This document shows positions 58,200 to 64,000 of a stretch of 64,000 bases of DNA, piece by piece. The DNA comes from Amphiscolops sp. MND2022. Lineage: Eukaryota. Location: the NCBI GenBank assembly GCA_964187785.1, contig OZ076409.1:12588001-12652000 (forward strand), written 5' to 3'. The notes under the pieces were generated by a model. The model had not been told where the DNA came from. It did no database searches and was given only the letters and a program-made list of their open reading frames with translations. Position numbers and translations under genes: made by a program. Within the stretch, counting starts at the first letter, position 1; each line of letters begins with the position of its first letter.

Positions 58200-60774
58200 A
58201 ATCATTGTAATTTATTTTAATTGTAATCAAATTATTCAAACCGATACTCACTCCAACATTACGGTCTATCAACTTGAGTTAAAAACTTCTCTGTAAAATA
58301 TTTCTTTAGTCTCTTCTTCAGTGTATCATAAGTTTGATTCTCTTTTTTCATTTTATCAGGCAAGACGTTCCACAGAGGTACTACTCTCTTGAAAAGATTG
58401 TTTCTCAATTGTCCACTTCTTGTATGAGCCTGACAGTACAATTTCCTTGTTCTTTTTTGACTTGTAATTCGGGCATTTTCTTAATAAAGCTGGGAAAAGC
58501 GGAAAACTATATGCTTCCATTTCTAGAAAAAGTTGATAGCGTTCCTGTCTAGTTTGACGAACAGATATGATACCGTGTTTTTTCTCAAGTCCTGCGCTCA
58601 GTCCGTTTTGTATCTGTTGAAACAAGCTTTTATTCCCCAGTTCTAATGTTTTTATAAAGTCGAAATTAAAACTGTCATACCATTCAACAATACCAATGAA
58701 TACTAGAGATGACTGATCACAAGGGAATTGAACAGAAGAGTTTTCTCTGGAAGGAAGTGGGGAACATAATAAATGGATTCAATACCGGAGGCCAATTTTC
58801 GTAAGATATTATTTACTTCGTCTTGGTAGTAGAGATTCGTATCCAAATAAACTGCAAGATAATTTACTGCAAGATAGTTTACAGATTCTTTCTGTTTTAT
58901 CAAATGACCTCCAACTCATACTGTAGCGTTTTTATCGAACTGTTGTTTGATGGTTTATAGAATACAATTATGTCTGTCTTGTCAGCATTCTTTCTGCAGG
59001 TAACCAGCGCCACTTACAATGTCTTTAGCTGCTACAAAAAAAGTATCATCCGCATACTGAACCAAGTACAATGGAGATTGGATAAAACTCTTCATGTTGT
59101 TAATATATGTTTTAAAAAGTAGAGGGCCGAGAACAGTACCTTGTGGAACTCCCTGATATAGATTGATACAATCGGATTCCGATGTTATTAATCTTCGCTT
59201 TGTGTCCGTTTCTTCAGTTTTTCTAGTAGAATTTGATGTTAAATAGAGTTGATTGGCTTGGATAAATCCCATAAAGCAGCTGTCACAATTTGATTGCAAT
59301 CAAATTCCTTTCCTATTTTTGTTCCGCAGCATAAAGTAGTGCGTCAGTTACAAAACAAAGTTTTCCGGCAGCCAAAATGTACTAGACTAAGACGTACGTT
59401 TTTGTTTAAATTTTGCATTATTTGTTCTCCAATAACTTTCTCAAAAATTTTCGAGCTTGCAGTTGTTATAGATATGGGTCTATAGTTATTTGGATCTTCA
59501 GTATCACCTGTGTTGAAAACCGGGCAAACATCAGCTCTTTTGCGTTCACTACCCTCATACGAGAAAGCGTTTATCAAAAAGCAGAGATGTACGGCAATGG
59601 TGATGAAACTTTAAGAGCCCAAGCAGGTATTTCCGACAATGTTGAAAGTTTACAAGGGTCCAGTGTAGTTGCTGATAGAGTGAAATTCGAACATCAGCTC
59701 TTGCGTATGGCATCTTCTTTGTTAGATCTACAAAAAATTTGCTTTGAACCTAAGTAGTGACCACGTTTTGAGAAACGGTAGTTCAGTAAATTCACTATCT
59801 TTTGCTGGTCAGTTTTGTGTCACCAAAAACGTTACTGAGTGATAAAAGTTCAGCTTTGCCTTTTTTGGAATTTCGTGTTTGATTTATGAAGTTCCTTTTT
59901 TCTCGCTCTGACTTGAGCTTTTTGAACATGGAAAGGTTTTGAGCAGCACGATTTTCTTTATTCTTTTCATTAAAATTTGGTTGAACTTTGTTCTACGAGA
60001 TAGCATCTGGTTATTCTTCCATCTTATTGTATATTTCGATAGACCCTTTTTCAATCCATGATTTTTGTATAGTTGAGAGATTTTTATCATTACAAATGGA
60101 AATTTTTCTCATAAAGACACATTTTCTCATTGCATTTTTTTAAAAGTCATTGAAAACGTAGAATATTCCGTCAAAACCTTTCTGGCTGCAGAACCTAGAC
60201 CAATCACTCGTTTGAATTTCTTGACAAAACACATCACTATTATAAATACTTTCATCAAAATTCTTTTTAATTGTAACATTACATCGTTTCTCGATCTGTG
60301 GTTTACTAACGATGGACGTTGCGCGATGATCTATTGATTTTTTGTTTGATGTGCGGAAGACACTATCTGATACAGAGGTCACGAAAATTTCACATTTCAG
60401 ATGATGCGTGATGAAGTAGTCAATTAGCGTTCTTGATTGATTTTGTACTATGGTAGGGTGGTCTTTATTTGTGACATATAGGCCGTACGGTGTCAGAATG
60501 GTTTCCAAACATTTTCTTTCACTTTTGTCGAACTACCTTATGTTATGTTAATGATAATAAGCCCTTGAGCGCTAATGATTTTCTCTCAGTAAAAGCATAA
60601 TCGATGCTGGTTAATAATTCCTCAATGAATCTATGGTAACGTATTTTGCGGATTATAACAAATGTTATTTGATTGCCTTGACTTCTCCGATAGCGAGTTA
60701 GTCATTCTGCATTCTATCCATTAATTTTCAAAAATGTTTCTACACATATGATTCAAGTACGGACGCTTTTTTGA
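58200..60774 (-). mobile_element. Decayed non-LTR retrotransposon (CR1/L2-like) ORF2
   Basis: Endonuclease remnants (WIEC, YNP, TLIDYF), PNNYRPISIT, GVPQGTVLGPLLF, QYADDT, LWNVLP; many stops. Confidence 0.9.
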
Positions 60775-63700
60775 TTTGGTCAGCCGACCCGGACAACTCG
60801 TTGGTCCGCCGACCCGGACAACTCGTTGGTGGACGACCCGGACTAGAAGAAGACGACTCGTTGGTAGACAACAGAAGATTGCCCAAAAACTGGATCTTGG
60901 AGTCTCTGATTTCGTGTCTCTGGGAGATTGGGCTATTGTGACTCTGGGAGATTGGGCTATTGTGACTCTGGGAGATTGTGCTACTGTGACTCTGGGAGAT
61001 TGGGCTACTGTGTGTCTGGGAGATTGGGTTACTGTGTCTCTGGGAGATTGGGCTACTGTGACTCTGGGAGTTGGGACTATTGTGTACTCTGGGAGTTGGG
61101 CTTTAGCGGCACTCTGGAGGTATTTGTGCATCAACTCTAGTTTTGAGACGAATTGTATTCTTTGGGAACGTATTCCTGATTGAAGCAAAGATCTGGTCTA
61201 AGACGTCAGTGCAAGTAAATCCACCAAGTAAAGCCAAGGGATCAAGTCAGAGAGACAAGATCCACCGAAACAATCAAGTTCGTCAAAGAAGGCAAATATA
61301 ATCGACAGTATTGGGTTGATTCTTCAAGAATTGGCGATTGATTACCGGATTGAGCAGTTGACACTTTGTATCTGAGAAATTGCAGAGTTGGGAAAAGTGA
61401 CAAAGCCTACAAGAAACAGTTGTGAAGTTCGAAAGCCCTCAGTGGAACAAAAGAGTCATATGAACAAATGAAAGCCAAAAAGAAAGAAAAGCATCTGATG
61501 CAGCACCCTCGAATGGCAATTGTGTTTGAGGAAAGAAACACAAAGCAGAGCCAACAACTGATGGAGCTCAGACCGAAAGATTTGGAAAATGCGTCAGATT
61601 GGTACGCGTGGTGCCTCTATTGGGATATTGTACCCCTACATGTGAAAAAGCTCCATACATTGGTAAAAGACTTGGATGACAAGCTCGATGAGGAAGGAGC
61701 TGTTGTATCCAAAAGAAACTTGATTGATTGGGTAATTGAATACCGCGAGAGAAGACAGGCATTGCTGTTCTGTGTAGACTTTATGTTGAGTCTTACGAAT
61801 GAAGAAACGCAAAGACAGCTCAGTCGAAGTGTGACTGAATGGGACGAATGCTTTGCGAAACTGGAATCGAGTTGGGGATATTGGTTCCCCGATGTGCAGC
61901 AAATGTTGAAGTGTCCAATTGATGGGACAAAAGAGTTGAAACTGAGTCAGATGACAAATGGAACATCTGCAGACGCAGCTATGAGATGCCCTCGCACAAG
62001 AAAGTTGAGGCAAAGACGTGTCCATCAGGCAAAACCTAATTGTGTAAAAGAAACAGCTAGTGAAAAGGAATCACTGACACGGTTAAGAAAGACCAAGGAC
62101 AAAGAAAGTTGCTGTGGTATGAGAGACAGCATATCAGAATTGGAAAACTCTATCAACGATGTGACATCACTACTCGAAGAAAACAGTAAGGTGTCGGACG
62201 TAACAATCCAGATGGACAACAGACCAAGAGTTAGCACGAAGTGGTCTAATGGAGATCGACTGTTTCCTCTAGCATTAGAGAAAGCGGAAGATCAGAAATC
62301 GGATGAAGTCCAAGGCCAAAAAAGCGAGACTGGACAATTGGAAATAGAGGAACTAGGCAAACATCCAAAACTGGTTGTAACCAGAAGCAACAGAAGCTCA
62401 GTGATTTCGAAAAGTTCAATTGATAGACGAGTTCTTTATTTGAAAGTAAAAGCTCAGAAAGAGCAAGAAGAACTGCAAACCCGACTCGAGAAACTGAAGC
62501 GTGAAGCAATACAAATGGAAATAGCTGACTTGCATGAACAGCTTGCCCGCAAAGCCAGAATAGCTGAAAAGGAAAGAGAAATAGCGGAAGTTTCGAGCAG
62601 TCAGGGGACTAGCTTCCCAAGTGTCTCATCAGTCGACAGTTTCACGGAAGACTCAAGATGCATGGCTGAGACAGAAACAGTCGAAGACGGAGCTAAGTCC
62701 AATATTGCACTACCAGTTCATTTGAAATCAGAGAATGCAGTGAGATTAGTTCACGAAGGAAAATTCTCCGCGATTAGGAGAGACTCAAATCCTCCCACAG
62801 AAGTTGATCAGCAAGCTGATCGGAAAGACAGAACCGATGTTGATAACGGAACATGCAGACAAGGAGCAACATCACAACCAGACGTGAAAGTTGCAAACAA
62901 AGGAACCTCGAAGTTCCTCACAGCGGAATGCATACAGAACTGGTCAGAAACATTCATTGAAGACAACGGTCGGCAAGACGTCCGTTCAGAAACCCTCCTC
63001 GTGGATACCAAACAGGTTTTGGAAGAAAATATTCACTTGGGCATGAGTGAGCATTCGATAAGTCAAACAAAGGAGAACTTGAATCACACAATGGCAGAAA
63101 CAAGGAAGGAGCATAGATTCTTATCATTCGCATCAAGCAAACAATCTTCGGAAGAATTGAATGTGAAATTGGAGCTGCTGCAAGAGAGTGCAGAAAATAC
63201 CGCCGTACAACAGGACATACAACAAGGGAAAATATTCGAAGTGACGATGTTTCATGACAGTACTCTACTTCTTGAAGAAGGAAACAAATGTTTTGAATTC
63301 GACAAAAGTTATGGATTTGTGCATGAGCAACAATTTGCTCTGCTTGATGATTGTAGGAAGAAGCAATGTATCGAAAGCTATGCCATGTGGCAGCGAAACA
63401 TGACAAACCCGTTGAATGCATTGCCAAAGGTGAAACACGTACCATGATTGCAACCTTTGGAAAGAAATTTGATTTTGACTTCAAAGTAAGCCTTGTAGAA
63501 GAAACTATCCCGAGTAATAACGATGTGTGGAACCCTCGGCTTGGGAATGGAAACTCTGGGATGGACGCGGTGGCACAGGCTAACGGCATGGATAAAACTC
63601 AATTGAGCAAGTGCCACCGCAAGCGACCGAAGAAACGAGCTTGGAAGTTTGAACATACCTCAATCCTATTACATGGAATGGTCGAATGTGTTCAATTGAC

Positions 63701-64000
63701 AACTGGCATCCTATATGCAAAGATTGTGATAGATAAATTTGCAGACGAAATATCGCTAATGGAAACGCGATTGGGTTCTTCAAAAGCACAAACAACAACA
63801 AGTTCGGAAAATGGGCCTTTCATAGGGCCGGCTGTATCATGGGAAGAAATGATGATGCAACTTGAATTATTTGGAAAATGGAAGTTCAACCCCCCAGGTG
63901 CTCCGCATTTTGGAGGTGTTTGGGAGCGAATGGTCAGAAGCTGCAAGAAAGCTATGATGGCAATTGTAGGAAACAGAACACTGACAGATGATGTATTATC
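60775..64000 (+). mobile_element. Second copy of the non-autonomous BEL family, lacking its 5' LTR and running off the right edge
   Basis: PBS-like array, 24-bp minisatellite and ORF homologous to the internal region of 4205-10216; integrase motif WKFNPPGAPHFGGVWERMVRSCK at ~63877-63950. Confidence 0.9.
61468..63447 (+). CDS. 659-aa homologue of the 5724-8441 ORF, frameshifted near its 3' end
   Basis: Near-identical N-terminal half (ASDWYAWCLYWDIVPLHV...), more diverged afterwards; frame lost near 63345. Confidence 0.6.
   Translation: MKAKKKEKHLMQHPRMAIVFEERNTKQSQQLMELRPKDLENASDWYAWCLYWDIVPLHVKKLHTLVKDLDDKLDEEGAVVSKRNLIDWVIEYRERRQALLFCVDFMLSLTNEETQRQLSRSVTEWDECFAKLESSWGYWFPDVQQMLKCPIDGTKELKLSQMTNGTSADAAMRCPRTRKLRQRRVHQAKPNCVKETASEKESLTRLRKTKDKESCCGMRDSISELENSINDVTSLLEENSKVSDVTIQMDNRPRVSTKWSNGDRLFPLALEKAEDQKSDEVQGQKSETGQLEIEELGKHPKLVVTRSNRSSVISKSSIDRRVLYLKVKAQKEQEELQTRLEKLKREAIQMEIADLHEQLARKARIAEKEREIAEVSSSQGTSFPSVSSVDSFTEDSRCMAETETVEDGAKSNIALPVHLKSENAVRLVHEGKFSAIRRDSNPPTEVDQQADRKDRTDVDNGTCRQGATSQPDVKVANKGTSKFLTAECIQNWSETFIEDNGRQDVRSETLLVDTKQVLEENIHLGMSEHSISQTKENLNHTMAETRKEHRFLSFASSKQSSEELNVKLELLQESAENTAVQQDIQQGKIFEVTMFHDSTLLLEEGNKCFEFDKSYGFVHEQQFALLDDCRKKQCIESYAMWQRNMTNPLNALPKVKHVP

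Noticed and set aside
60721..61188. ORFs with QSPRxTxA or LGDWAxVT repeats
   Set aside because: Products of the 24-bp minisatellite; the frame is not preserved in the other copy.

Overview
AT-rich eukaryotic (animal-like) DNA dominated by transposable elements; the species cannot be determined from the sequence alone. It holds six LTR retroelements: a BEL/Pao relic (1-2740), a young non-autonomous BEL derivative (4205-10216) with a second LTR-less copy from 60775, an internally deleted Gypsy (11044-13697), a decayed full-length BEL with no recognisable PBS (14144-20217) and an intact Gypsy with identical LTRs (32668-38614). There is also a decayed LINE (about 58200-60774) and many non-autonomous DNA elements (Mutator-like foldbacks, hAT, piggyBac-like, CCC...GGG elements with 2-bp TSDs, and a Helentron/HINE-like family). 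One host gene can be assembled by hand on the minus strand from six phase-compatible exons (45716 to 25900, 1035 aa): a metaxin-1/3-like protein preceded by about 800 extra residues, mostly Ser-rich. Upstream of it lies a probable class-A GPCR pseudogene. The most unusual observations are the giant metaxin, a tandem array of PBS-like units behind the BEL-derived LTR, the PBS-less BEL, and the intact Gypsy with a WLDD reverse transcriptase motif and TG...TA LTRs. All family assignments rest on motifs recognised by eye, not on database searches.
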